Assembly: GCA_036172245.1 (NCBI GenBank)
Contig: JAYWIR010000019.1
Span: 3,410,001 to 3,474,000, forward strand
Reading direction: 5' to 3'
DNA length: 64,000 nucleotides
DNA from: Raillietiella orientalis
Lineage: Eukaryota
The notes under the pieces were generated by a model that was not told the DNA's origin, made no database searches, and saw nothing but the letters and a program-made list of their open reading frames with translations. This document shows positions 47,401-60,124 of the stretch, one piece after another (the first letter of the stretch is position 1; each line of letters begins with the position of its first letter). The position numbers were made by a program, and so were the translations under genes.

Positions 47401-50159
47401 AAATGTCCATTTCCATTGGTTTTCTGCTCCCTCTTGTGATTACAGATCATCAATAAAGTGTTTTCTTGAATGAATGAGTATCGGGTCTGCAGGGAAGATT
47501 TCCGATGACTCTGTGTTTTTCCTCATCTGGTATTTCATCTTGCGAGTGCATGTTTCAATATCAAATTGATGAGTCACATAAAAGCACAGGGGTCAGCTAG
47601 TTCCATCTGGTTAGTAACTGGGAACGTTCGTGTCAGTGTATCGGCATCTCGTCATGCTTCCGTCCTCTTGGGAGCTACTCGTGAAATTATGGACACATGA
47701 AGTAGGCACAAAACTGTCACAGCACCGTCAAGGATGGAAAAGGTATCTTGGTAATCTTATTAAAGAAGCCAAAGTGAAAGTAAAACAGTAATTTGCATCT
47801 GCTGTGCTATATGCAGCTCGACGTTCGAATAGCGACCAACTCTTTGCAATTTATTCTTGGTGTCCTCTTCTATGTGTAGGTTTGCAAGAGTATCAATAGA
47901 AATTCCAACCTGTGAGGCAGATGCAAAGAATTCCTTCACTGCTATTACCAAGATGGTTTCCTATCCTTGAGGCAGATGCCACAGTTTGGCCCGAAGTTTT
48001 CACCAGCAGTTCATTCACCTTTTTATTTCTAGGTTCTTTTTCTAGGTTGGAAATAAATTAGCTGTGCAAAGATCTCGATCGACGCTGCCTTGATTTTTGG
48101 ATGTCTACACGTTGATTCAAACGAATTTCGGAATCAAAAGAACTCTGGAGCTTCAGCATAACTGTGCGACACGAAAACAGCTATTCTTTGACAGAATTGT
48201 TTCACAGGAGTCTTTCTGAAATACTGTCGTGCTATCAATATCTGAAATTCGTGTAGTCCCTTGGATTCGCAGACTTCGAACCTGCTACATGACTCAGAAG
48301 AGATGGAAGAAGAAATCCCGCGGTGGAAGCTCTGGAAGGAACACTCGATTTGAGAACTCAAAAACAGCGGCCGGAAGTGCAAGTGAGGCAGATGAAACAC
48401 CTCGGCACTCCATCAACGTCGAGTTGCTTCAGTGCTTTTTCTGACTCGTTTCGTCAATAGGCAGGAGAATGATGCATTGCTTATGATTACATAATTATCC
48501 AGATATGGAGTAAATACTTGGATATGAAATAAAAGAATTGGACAGTCTCACATGCAACAACAGCAGGAGCGACGAAAAGGCCGAGAGAGTCCAGAAGTTA
48601 AGTGAAGTGATTTAGAATACTTCTTTATCCTCTTGTACCATCAGGTTTTCCTGAAGATGTAAGAAGGCAAGCAGGTGTTCACAGATGCGTGCTATAGTTT
48701 GGGAAAGCTTCAAAACAGGGGAGGGACCCATGAAAACCTAAAATTAACATCCAAGACACTCAAGTCTGGACTGAAAAGCTTATGAATTGCGTAGGCGCCA
48801 AATATCGATAGCAATCGGAGGAATGTGGAAGCGAGTCGATCCAGGAAAAAAACAATGTCAAAACGACAGCAGAATGGAAGAGATACGGGAAAACAGGCAA
48901 ACAGTCCAAAGAGCCCCATGGAAATGCACTGCGAATCGATGAGAAGGATAAAGAGGAATGCTGATTCTTCGAAGTAATTATTTATTTTGATTTATTGGAA
49001 TAAGAAATTTTCTGAGAAGTGGCACATTAAAGATCATCCATAAGATTTTTCCTCTCTCTCCTTCTCCTGCGATTTTTGGACAACTGGACGGAAAAGAATA
49101 AGCAAGGCATGGCTGTTCGGTTTCGAAGAGAAAATGAGCTGGACATTCAGCATGACTAAGAGTTCGTAGGAGTTCATGGAGAGAAACACACAGAGAAAAA
49201 AACACACACATTTCATTGGTGAATGTTCTGCAGACAACGGTATGTCTTCGTCAAAGGACAAGTTATTGCCATAAAGAGTTTCGCAGGGAAAAAAGAAATG
49301 GAAGCAAATGGAAGTACACTGCAAAAATGATAAAGATGGCAGTAAAAGTAACAACAGTACCGAGTCCCCACGAAGACAACTGCAACGCGAGCAAGCAAGC
49401 AAGGGGATCCCTCCTCATAAGTAACACAATCAGCGTGATCTTCTTCGTTGAAGAAGGAGGGGTGTCTGGAGGAGAATGGATCCGAACCGGAGGGATGAGC
49501 AAAAGTAATGCCCAACGAACGGCATGGATTTCGGGTTAAGCTGGTTGCAGTGAGCCGGACTAAGCTAGTGGGGAGAACGAGCGTTTCAGAACTTGGTGAT
49601 GAGATTAAAGATACGGCTGCAGGCAAGATATCTGCCTTTTCAAGCGATTCAGGGATTTCGAAGAAAGTAGGTGAAGAAGGAGAGAAAAAAGTACGAGTAC
49701 AATGCTGTTATGGACTGGTAGAGAAGCAATCGAATCTAGTATTTCAAGAAGGATTTGCAGAGAGCGAAAAGCTAGGTTCAATAGAGAGTAGGCAGTGTGA
49801 TTGGAGAGACGTAACCAGAGAGGAACGTTACCAAGGAAGCTGCCGTGAGATACCGACAAGAGGATGCCTTTCACGTGCGTTTTATTAATCATTAACCCTT
49901 CGGATAAGGTGCTCATCAGATTCAAAGGTTCTGCGTTGATGGCACGCGAGTCGCAGTGGCGATCTCTGTGAACGGGAATGTTCTTTCGCGTACTGATTGG
50001 CTATATAAAGTGCTGATTAAAGTTACTGTTGTAATTGCTTACTTACATCACAATAAATAAAATATTTTCATTTTTCCCAAACATAGTCATGTATTGAAAA
50101 ATTATAATTGGAATTCTAATGGATCAATAATTCATTTGGATGTGTTGCACCTCAATAAT

Positions 50160-52927
50160 GGCCTTCTTCAGACCTGGCAATCCGGGTCTGCCAGCTTACT
50201 GGACGAAGAAGGCCAGGAGCACTCATCTCCAGCGCAGGTTTGCCGCATTCTGCGGGATTTTTATTCCTCCCTTTACGCGCTGAGACCACCAGAGCGCTCC
50301 TCTGCGCAGCGCCTGCTGCCAGAGGGTGCTTCCGCGTTGAGGGAGGAAGAAATAAACATCTTCCTCCAAGAATTCACGATGGCGGAGATAATCTCCGCCA
50401 TCACTAAATTGAGAAAAAACAAAGCACCAGGGGAAAACGGCCTGCCAGCTGAATTCTACCAACACTTCGCGGCAGAGCTGGCCCCCCTGGTGCTAAAACT
50501 ATGTATGCTGATCCGTGAACGTGGGGATGTCCCCAACTCGTTCCGGTCAGCTAGAGTACGTCTCCTTCCTAAGGGAGGAGACTTGCGCAACGTTGGCAAC
50601 TGGCGTCCCATCACTGTAGTGAATGCGGACGCAAAGTTGCTCGCCAAGCTGTGGGCTGAGCGCCTGGGACGGGTAGCGGATTCCGTGGTCAGTCCGGAGC
50701 AGACATACGCTGTTCCCGGACGAACCATGGAGGCCAACCTGTTCCTCGTCAGCAGCTGGTGGCAGTTGCAACAACGCGAGGCGCAGCTAGGTCAGGAGAG
50801 TCCTGAACTCTCCACTGATCGGGGGGAGGGAGGCCGACGGGGAGAAGCGGCGTCCGGAGCCCTTGAGGTCGCAGTCGATTTGCCAAAAGCTTTCGACTGC
50901 GTCGACCAGGAGCTTCTTCTGGAGCTTCTGGAATGCATAGGATTTCCGGCCGTCTTCCTGGCCTACCTGCGCTCCTGCTGATGCTTCGCATATATCAATA
51001 TCACTTTCAGCGGCCGGCACGTGTACAGCGTTCCGGTTTGACGTGGCATCCGGCAGGGAGACTGCCTCAGCCCCTGCTCTTTAGCATCTATTTTGAGTTG
51101 GTGCTAAGAGCATACAGGGAGACTTTGGCAACCCTGCCGAGCTCATGTCCCGGCACGCCTGCCGTGTCGGCCTATGCCGACGACTTTCTGCACCTGCTTC
51201 CCGGGTCCACCCCTGCGTCTGCGCTCGAGAATTCCTTCGAGCTGCTGCGCAGCGGGACAGGCCTAGAGGTGAACAGGACGAAGTCGCCATTAATCTTCAA
51301 GGACTCGTCGCTGGCAGGGCGGTCGGACTGGATCTGCTTGAGGATCCCCATGGGTGGGTACTTCAAGTACCTTGGCGTTCCGTTGGGGGACTTCTGCTCT
51401 GCAGAAGCCTGGTCCGACCGTCTCCAAAAGGTGGAATTGGCGATCCCCGTTCCGGGACGGCAAGTTTTACTTGCGGGAACGGGCCGCGGTGTGGAACTCT
51501 TTCCTCATCAGGAAAGCCCTTTGGGGCAATCGTAGATCCCGTGTCCGACTCAAAGACTTGTAGGCTCCACGCAGGGACGGTGGACTTGGTCTCCTGACGT
51601 TGGAGCGCATGGAGCGTCAGCTCCAAATCAGAAAACTCGCCCTTGTGGCTAAATACTGAACTGCGCCATGGTGTGGGCCCACACAACTCCTCGCCTACCG
51701 GGCAACCGGCTGCTACGAATTGACCTCAATCTTAGTGGCTAACGACCATAGTCTGAACTATTGTGGGTTTCAGCTGCGGGACTTGGTTGCCCTCGTGAAG
51801 GATAACCCATGGATCTCCTGCGTCCCCGCGAACTGGACTACCTGGCTTCAGGAGTTCATTTCGGCGTGGGCAAAAATCAACGGCTCCAGCGATGTGGAAT
51901 TCTTCTGCCTCCGTCGAGAAAGGAACGCTGGCCAGCCCCTGCAGGAAATCGTTTCCAACCCACGGAAACTTCTGTGGGCTTCATTCACCCCCCTTGCTTC
52001 CGTGTTGCCCTCCCTGAGAAAAGCTAGAGACATCCAAGGGGAGACCCTTGGAAGTGGGAAGTGTCCTGCCTCCGAGGAGGGACTGTTAAAGGAGTGGACG
52101 TCCCGGGAACTAGCAGGCTCTACAACTCCGAGTGTCCCGCCGAATGGACTTGTGCGCTGGGGCGAGCTGCTCGATATACCTCCAGGGGAGGTGAAGTGGC
52201 CCTCGGCGTCTTGGGACAACGGCACCCTCCCTTTGGATTGGGAGGAGACGGCGCTGCTTGTGCTCCATTGGCAACTTTTAAGCAAAGCACGCCTGTCTCA
52301 CTGGACGTTAGGGAGAATGGATGCCAATTGTGCAGAGTGCGGGGAAAGGGAGACCTTCCCCCACCTCATCATCGAGTGTGTCGCCCTCCGACCCATGTGG
52401 GATCGAATGTTGTCTATCTTCAACATTCCCGGGGGCGACCCGAAGGACATTTTCCGTCGCCTCCTGATGCAGGACGCCCTGCCAGCAGCCGCGTGTGTGG
52501 CAGTTCTCTGCTGCATACGCGGAATCCTGGATAAGTGGACCGCGTCAAGGAGAGGCCGCAGCAGCCGGAATGCCATCCACTGGGCAGTCATCTCTTTGGA
52601 GAAGGCTACCCATTGGAACCGGCTTAGAAAAATACTGCCTGCACTTGTCCGCATCCGAAACCGGATGCAGAGGCCTCCTCACGGCGTACCGTGATCCCTT
52701 CCCTTCCCTCCCCTCCCCATAAAACATTGCCTCCCAGGTGTTTTTGTTTATTTTTTTTTTGGTCTTCCCGCCCCATTCGCCAGTGGAGAGGACCTTACCG
52801 GCATCAGAGTCGGTAAGGACAAGTGCCCATGACAGTCAGAACGCATAGTTGACATGACAAGACTTTATAATGAAATTTTTCTTTGTGAAAATTTTAATAA
52901 TTAAAGCCTCGGCTTACCCGGTTAAAA
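50160..52927 (+). mobile_element. 5'-truncated Tx1/L1-clade retrotransposon with RT domain (copy D)
   Basis: KAPGENGLPAEFY, NWRPITVVNADAK, VDLPKAFDCV, GIRQG, YADD and CAECGERETFPHLIIEC; several frameshifts; 11-bp TSD ACCTCAATAAT at 50149-50159 and 52928-52938. Confidence 0.95.
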
Positions 52928-54165
52928 ACCTCAATAATAAATTATTTGCCACTCCGCGAAAAAAAACGAGAATCGTTAGCCGATACAAATAGAATTTTGT
53001 TTACTGTCGTTGCTAAGGTGAGAGAACCGTTGCTAACCTGAGAACGTAATTGCACGCGTTCATCTCAAACATGGATAGTGTTAACTTGTGTCGCAAGTGT
53101 AAGGTAAAAACATTTGCTGGACGCATCTATGCATCCATAGCTCATCCCTCTCGTGCCGGGAAACGTCTTCGTTTTATTTTCAATTTCGCGCGGTCCTCAG
53201 CTTCTTCGGCCTGCCTGTAGAGAATTCTAGGAACCTCGAGCTTTCTTCCAGGATTTTTTCCAGGTTTCGCTCTGAATAGAATGCTCACCTTTTTTTCCTT
53301 TTTTCCTGTGAACGCACGTGCACGTGCCACAGAGCGCAAGCGTGCACACATCATTAAATGTGCACGTGCCTATCCTGAAGGATGTGCCACCAGGACACGG
53401 CTGCGGTCTTTGGATGTGAGGCAAAAGCTTTTCGTGCACCCATCTTTGAGGGGGTTTTCAATTTTCCCACCTGATTCCTGGAACACGTGGAAGGAAGCGG
53501 GGTGATTTCATCCTCGAAAAGCGAAAGTTGCGATCTAGAGAACAGATGAACGAGCTCGTCTTTCGGGATGTGAGACCAAAACGGCCTTCGGCCTTCCTTG
53601 CTGCGAGGGCCGTTTTGGACAGAAGCACATCAAGAAGGTCCGTCAACCGGACCGAAGCACGTCAGGAAGGTCCGTGAGGAAGTAACCTACAAGGCGGAAG
53701 AATTGGAGGGGAGTTGCGAATTAGGACCGAATTTTCAAACGTGTTTTGCCTGGACGCTTTGGTCCCCATCGGTCGGTGCCCTCGTTTGCGGTCGGCACCT
53801 CGCCCTGGCGACTCAAGAGAGGAAATGGAGCAGATCGCTTCCGTTTTTTCCAGGGGATCATCTGGGCAGCCACTCGGTTCATTCGAAAGTGAGTCCGATC
53901 ATTCTGTTCTCCCCTTCAGGACGATCCGTAGTGGGAGGAAGTGCGCTGAGCGCAGGATTCTACGGGTCACTCCCAGAGATGAGGCGAAGGCCTTTGGAAG
54001 ACCAGATCTTCTCTTTCAAAGCGATGGGACAGAGACCACATTTTGTGGCAATTCATTGTTGCCTATCGAAGATCCAAACGATACTCAACTGCTGAACTGT
54101 CTCCACTACCACTTCAAAAGGACCAGTAGCGACCTCAAGGGAAGATCGTCACCATGGGCCTACAG

Positions 54166-55094
54166 TGATTATCACTCAGTTATGCCGAGGCATTTATTAA
54201 CTGGGTAATAAAAATACATTTTTGTGGTAGAACCGTTGGTTCTATCACGCGCAATGAACCTGCCGAGGACCGGTACGCAGACTGCCGAGGTCCACTTCGG
54301 TAACCTTGGGGGAAGGGAAAACAAAGACAAAAAGTAAATAAGCAAAACAGGGGAGGGGGATTTGTACATGGAGAGGGGGAATCGAGGAAGGGATTCCGTT
54401 ACGCTGCCAGGCGTCTCCTGCATCCTGTTCAGGTGGCTGGCAAGTTCTGTCCGTATATCGCCCAGGTGGGGCCATCTCCAGGCAGTCCTTAAACAGATTC
54501 GCGCCCAGTGGGTGGCGTCTCTGCCATTCTGGCCCCTTCCCGCGTTTCAGGCTGCCATGATTCCGCGGGCGCAGCAGAGAACTGCTAGGGGCGAGGCTGG
54601 TGGCAGAGCGACACGCGCGAAGAGGCGTTTTCAAATGTCCCTGGGGCTTCCCACCGGGGTTCCTAGGACGTCGCGAGGCGATCGCGAAGTGGTGGGAGGT
54701 CAGGACAGTCCAACTGCAGGTGTGGGAGGGTCTCCTTCCTGCACCTGTCACACTCTGAGCGTCCACGCTCTCCCCCCGTGTCCAGTGGTGAAGGAGCGCT
54801 TTTCATAGGATTTCCCCACGCAACACTAGCAACGCCGACTCCTGCCCCTTGAGGGGGAGAGTTGCACTGTTCCAGCACACTGGGAGCCACTTCACCTTCT
54901 TCGGAGGGATGCCAAGCAGCTCTCCCCAGCGTACAAGTGGAGTAGGACACTCGGGATCTCAGCGTCCATCACTTCTCGAATTGTCCACGCCCCCCTTCCC
55001 CTCCCAGGAGTTTTGTTTTTGATGCTATGAAGCAAGCCACTTCCCATCTTGCTGGGATTACGCTATCACTTACGTCCCTTAGGAAGGGCAGCAC
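54166..55094 (-). mobile_element. 5'-truncated Tx1/L1-clade retrotransposon (copy E)
   Basis: LVRWGELLGIPP and CDRCRKETLPHLQLDC align with copy D; AATAAA on minus strand at 54193-54198. Confidence 0.85.
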
Positions 55095-55100
55095 TGGGCC

Positions 55101-55785
55101 TAGGGTGATGGAAACCCTTTGGGGTTCTTTTGTTTCGTTTTTTTCCTTCCAGCTTTTTTTTCGGGTTTTTTTTGGGGGGGTTCGCCAAATGCAGAAGAAG
55201 CGTTCGCCTGGGGGCTCGTGAAGCGCTTTAACGCTGCCCATGCCACCTGAAGGTGCGTGTCACTCTTCTCCACGTTGCAAGAGGTACCTCGAAAAGGGAC
55301 GAACCTACGAAACCAGGAAGGACTCCGGAGGAAGGAGTTCGTTTTCTCGCGCTTGGTAGGGAACCCCACCCTGGTTGTCTCCGAAGGGAACTCCGAAGGG
55401 CACCACTTTCTTATTCTCACTGGAGACACCCGCCGGGGAAAGCTGCTCTTTGTTTCTTCCCCGAAAGGAACCCGGAAAGGGATCCGCTCCTGCAATTTCT
55501 TCTCCGGAGGGAACCGCTCCTTGTTACCTCCTCCTCTGAAGAGAACCCTGAAGGGACGCTTCCCATTTTCTCTGAAGGGTCGCTTCCCGAAGGGAGCTGC
55601 GCGCTTCTTGACACTCTGGAGAGATATCAATCAGCCGGCTCCTGCATGGCACTCGACAGCTTCATTTTCCCAACCGAGGGGACCCCAAAGGGAACCGGCT
55701 CTCTGATTCCTGGAAGGACCCCGAAGGGTCAACTCCCAATCCCAGCCATTCGAAGGGAGCATCTGGTTTCCGGCTTTCACTAGTA
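55101..55785 (+). mobile_element. Non-autonomous element with internal GAAGGG-type degenerate repeats
   Basis: Many GAAGGGA/AAAGGGA units; the start is homologous to the inverted copy at 56925-57320. Confidence 0.6.
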
Positions 55786-56479
55786 CAGCACCCGAATAGG
55801 CCGACCAGCGTCATCTCGCAGGGAGGACTCGAAACCCATGACACATCCATTTCTCTGGCGTCGATCCTCTACGTGGGGATTCGAACCTTCAACGCATGGA
55901 GTCACTCGCAGAGACCACAGACACCACATGGCCTCCAGCGCGAGCGTGTGGCTACGGTCCACACCATGTCAGTGGATGTTGCTCGAGAGCGAACTCTTCA
56001 ACCAAGCGCTCCGCGTGGGGAGCACAATGAAAAGATGCGGAACTGCAGGCGGGAACTGAAGCTCCGCGACCGAGCATTTTCCACTCAGATAAAGCCGTCA
56101 GGGACGTCTTCTGGAATAAATAGATGCTGGCTCGTGGAATATCGGCTCCATTCAGATGAGAAACCTTTTAGCTGAGACCAGATGTTGTCTGAAGGAGTCC
56201 GAAGGGAAGACCCAGCAAATCGCGGCTGAGCTTTTCGTCATCGCTGAGCGGCACTGAAAGAGCGAGTCATCCAAGAGTGAATAGAAAAAGACTGAACGAA
56301 AAGCACTTGAGAAATTCTGTCGTCTGGGGGGAATCCGGAAGGGCAAATTCGCAATATATATCCATATATGTGCTTAATCTATATCAAGTCAAATATGTTT
56401 TATAATCAAAGATGCAAAAATTAAAAACCATAGGAATTTTCAAAATAAATATCAGTGCAACTTTCCACAAGTTGTGTTT

Positions 56480-56700
56480 CCTCTTAATTCAACCTATCCT
56501 TTTAAGTATCGCTTTAGCCGTCGACCTCCCTCACTTGGCAGGAATCTCATCAACCCCACGAGTCTTCAACTTCACCGCCACAAGCACCGGCATGTGACCC
56601 ATAAGCATGGCTTCTTCCTAAGCATCCCTTTCCATCATAACCAGTCCTCAGCATTGAGTCCTCCCCCCCCCCATCTCATTCTAGCCCTCGCCGTTGCAGC
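56480..56700 (+). mobile_element. Possible LINE 3'-end remnant
   Basis: THKHGFFLSIP resembles the C-terminal SFF.R..P pattern of Jockey/CR1-type ORF2. Confidence 0.3.
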
Positions 56701-56924
56701 AGCAGTGGCAGCGTTACAGCATCTGGAGCTGGAGCGATACCTTTATTCCGGAGTGATTCCCCAGGGTGTAAGGAGGCTTAGGCACACAGAATATTCACAA
56801 GGCCAATGTACTGTGATCCTTAGCGTTCACCTGTCGAAACTATCGGAGGCTAGAGTGAAGGCAAGCATTTGATTGCGAAAGGACTCAAAAACAAGCAAAC
56901 AAACAAAATAAAAACAAAAGCAAA

Positions 56925-57320
56925 AGGAGCCCTCTCCGTGGTCCTTCCGGAGAGAATGAGGGAGAAGTTTCATTCGGGGTTCCTTCCGGAGAGAACCAGG
57001 GCATGGGTTCCTTTCGAGGGTTCCCTCTTAAGGTAAGAGGAACAGACTCCTTTCTCTGGACCCTTTCTGGATTCCTAGGGTGGTCCCTACGGGGTTATCC
57101 CCTAACTTGAAGAGTCACGCTCACCCTCGAGTGACAGTGCTGAAGAGCGTCATGAGTCATCATATGGCGGCACTGTCGGGCATGGGAGAGGTTGGAACCA
57201 AAAAAAAGAAACCCTAAGGGGGCGAACGGTTCTTCATTACTTAGCGAAGCCAAAAAAAAAAAAAATGAAAGAAAGCGGGGGGGCAGAAACACCTCAAAAG
57301 GATTCCCATCGTCCTAGGCC
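56925..57320 (-). mobile_element. Second, inverted and shorter copy of the 55101-55785 element
   Basis: Shares GGCCTAGG..GATGG, a T-rich tract, TTCGC...GAAGAA.CGTTCGCC, CCCATGCC and TGTCACTC, then the repeat units. Confidence 0.6.
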
Positions 57321-58814
57321 AATAGTAACGACCTTCCCATGGCTTTTTTTTTTAAAGCCACGGGAAGGAAAAGAACAGCAAAAAAAAAAGAGTACTCAAA
57401 GCATGAAAGCACGCGACCACAACGTACGCAGCATTCGTGGCAACAACCGGAAATTCTCGGAAGAGCGGATGTTCTCGGAAGGGAAACGGGGCTGTGGGGC
57501 GCAGCTCGTCTTCGTCTGCAGAAGACCGCCACCGACAACAGCAACAGTGTGAAGGGCCTTGTGGTTCAGCCTGTGCTGTCTCGCGACGTGATTACCGCGG
57601 GTGGATGCATCGCATCCGGAGTCTGAAAGGACTTGGAGAACGGGAGATGAAAAGCGTCCCCCTGACAACACGTGAACTTTCTCCGCACATTCGCATGGTT
57701 CGCGCGCTGAACTGCTGTGAAGCCGCAGGGATTTTCCCAGTCGAACTTTCTGGAATTTGACATTGCAAACAAGCGTCCTTTTTCTCTCTTTTCTTTTTTT
57801 GGCGAAAAGAGCGTGCACCCTCCGGAATGGGATCCGGTTGTTTGATACTTTCGAGTACTTCCGATTGCAGTGTCTTCCTTCAATCGGAGGCCTCGATGGC
57901 GTGGCGCCCAAAAGTATCCGGTAGAAAATCCTTCTATTTTTAGGAAACGCGTTTTGTGACTCACATCCGGAGCGCCAGAGCATGGCGCTTCTCTGCTAAA
58001 GGGAGAGCCACTCTCAATCCAGCTAGCCGCCTTCTCTTTCAACAACGAACGTCGCAGATTTCCTCCAAGTCAGGTCCGTGGGCTTCCGGAGTATCTAATG
58101 ATTTCCCTTCCAGAGACAAAAGGCAGATGGATTACCGAAAGGAAGCTTTGGACGTCTTCGGTGAAAGTAAAGAGCCCTACATCGCCGGAAGAAGTGCTCG
58201 GTGCAAAAGACCTCACATGCCGAGCAGCATTTCCAGTTTGATTTGCAGTTTGTAATTCAAAGTTTCTCTTCCCTCCCTCCCTCAAAAAAATAAATAAATA
58301 AAATAAAAATGAAAATGAGAGGAAAAAAGATTCAAGACGCATTTTTCTGAGTTCGAAAGGAGGGGGTGGACATTCCACTAGAAATTCGGTGTCACTTTGC
58401 TTTCGGAGAGTCTGGAGGCAAATCAATTTCTCGAGAGCCTTCTGCGCTCCAATTTTCGTGTAGGAGGGCGTAGTGTTTCCAGTTAGATGCAATAAAAAGA
58501 GAGCGGGTTTGTGGGAAGGGGAAAAGAAGTGAGGAAGGACTTTGGTTCCCGAAAATTCAGCGAGCGCACCGCGCCCGCTTCTGCAATCCGACTGTGCCTT
58601 CTCTCTTCGGAAGGATTCCTTGGAAAGTCACACCCAGCTGGAGAAGAGGGGTGGAAGAAATGGCATGGGAAAGATCCGTAGGTGCACTCTTCCCCATCAT
58701 TGGTGCACGACCCATGAATGAAACCGCTAATTCGGGAACCACGTATTCGCAATCCCCCATGAGGCCCCAGCCGCCCGTTTTCCACGTTTCACCGGAATGC
58801 CGCTGATAGTGCCT

Positions 58815-59390
58815 TTTTCCGATGCCGAAAGTGCGAACGCGGGCGGGTGCGGCTCAACACACATTTATATGTGTAATAAATATGTATGAAATGAATATGT
58901 GAATACCGAAATATAAGGAATGAAAAAAACAACGGTGGCAATTAAGAACAGTGGAACAAAATAAAAAAGCAAATAATAACAGCAAAAAAGAAATTTGGTA
59001 TTTCCTTTTTCCGCCATTTCCCACATTCAACAAAGAAACTTCCGCGACAACTGATGGATTCCATTTTCGGCATTTTGATCGTTCGAGAAATACCTTTATA
59101 ATTCGATATTCATTCCATATTATATTTATTGTTTGTATAAATATATATTAATATATATGATAAACACACACGCACATTTTTATAATCTATATATTGATAA
59201 TGTGTTAATAATTATTGTTAAGCACATTAATAATGCGTTTACGTTAACAAATATTAATAAATGCGCATGTTAAAATAAATTTATGCTTTATGTGCATACA
59301 TAAATATACGCATTAATGTTATATGTATATATAAATATATATTGGGGATCTTTCGAGATTTCGACATTCGGGATTTTGAACCGAACTCCT
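58815..59390. mobile_element. AT-rich MITE-like insertion
   Basis: CCGAAA motifs at left, TTCG.GATTT motifs at right, AT-rich core; interrupts the PolB remnant. Confidence 0.5.
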
Positions 59391-60124
59391 ACTCTACTTA
59401 CGACTTCTTTTCAATACTATTCCTTATCAATACTATCCTCATTATTCCTACTACTCAACCAGTTTATTACTAGTCCTACATAGTACAACGCAATTAAGCA
59501 ATCCATAATTATCAACATTAGAGCAACTCCCTGCCTCAGGAAATCACCCTCTTGCCAGCTCCCTCATTCCAGGCAGCTTTATTTTGCTGAGGATTCCGAC
59601 CGCCATTTCTCGGCAAATTGACGTGCATTCTTTCAGGAAGAGAGAGAAGAAAGAAAGGTGCGAGAAGCTCTCCATAGAGTTTTCCGGCAGAGCCGAACTC
59701 CCTCATAGAGCTGCAGCGCAAAAGCTCTCCATAATTAATACTTTGCTTCCTGTAGAGAGGAAGAGGAGGTTTACGACGCCTGCTGAGTCACATATCCCAG
59801 GACCCCAGGCACGCGATTCCTTGAAATCCACATCAGCAGGCGTCGTTTTCCCCACCTGTCCTGATCCCTACTGCGCCCCTCCATCCGCGTTCGCTCCGCG
59901 TATTCCAGAAAAGGCTCCTCTGTCTTCCTGGTGGGTTTTTTCTCGGAGAGCCAACAAGTCACGCGCCACCTGTCCCAGCTAGGACCTCGAGAGCGGAAAA
60001 AGCAAAACAAAAAAAAAACTGTCCGAAGGCACAGGTCCTCCGCCTTGCAAATCCCAGACTCTGCTGGAGTTTCTTTTCAACGAGACCACCTTCAGGGTGA
60101 AAAGGAGGTGCCTCCCCCTTTCAG

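Noticed and set aside
48576..48588. Minus-strand TCTCGGCCTTTT matching the U2 snRNA 5' region
   Set aside because: Only 12 nt, does not extend, and is not adjacent to the RLE element.
55253..55783. Overlapping 150-176 aa ORFs or a CRISPR-like array
   Set aside because: Open frames arise from stop-poor degenerate repeats; there is no constant repeat-spacer period and the context is eukaryotic.
55800..55935. tRNA or SINE-like head on the minus strand with B-box GGTTCGAATCC
   Set aside because: No convincing cloverleaf, one such motif is expected by chance in this length, and the segment reads as part of the PolB remnant.
57100..57320. PolB-like peptides (LLLA*DDG, PYDDS) in this interval
   Set aside because: The DNA is homologous to the 55101 element, so it was not counted as PolB evidence.
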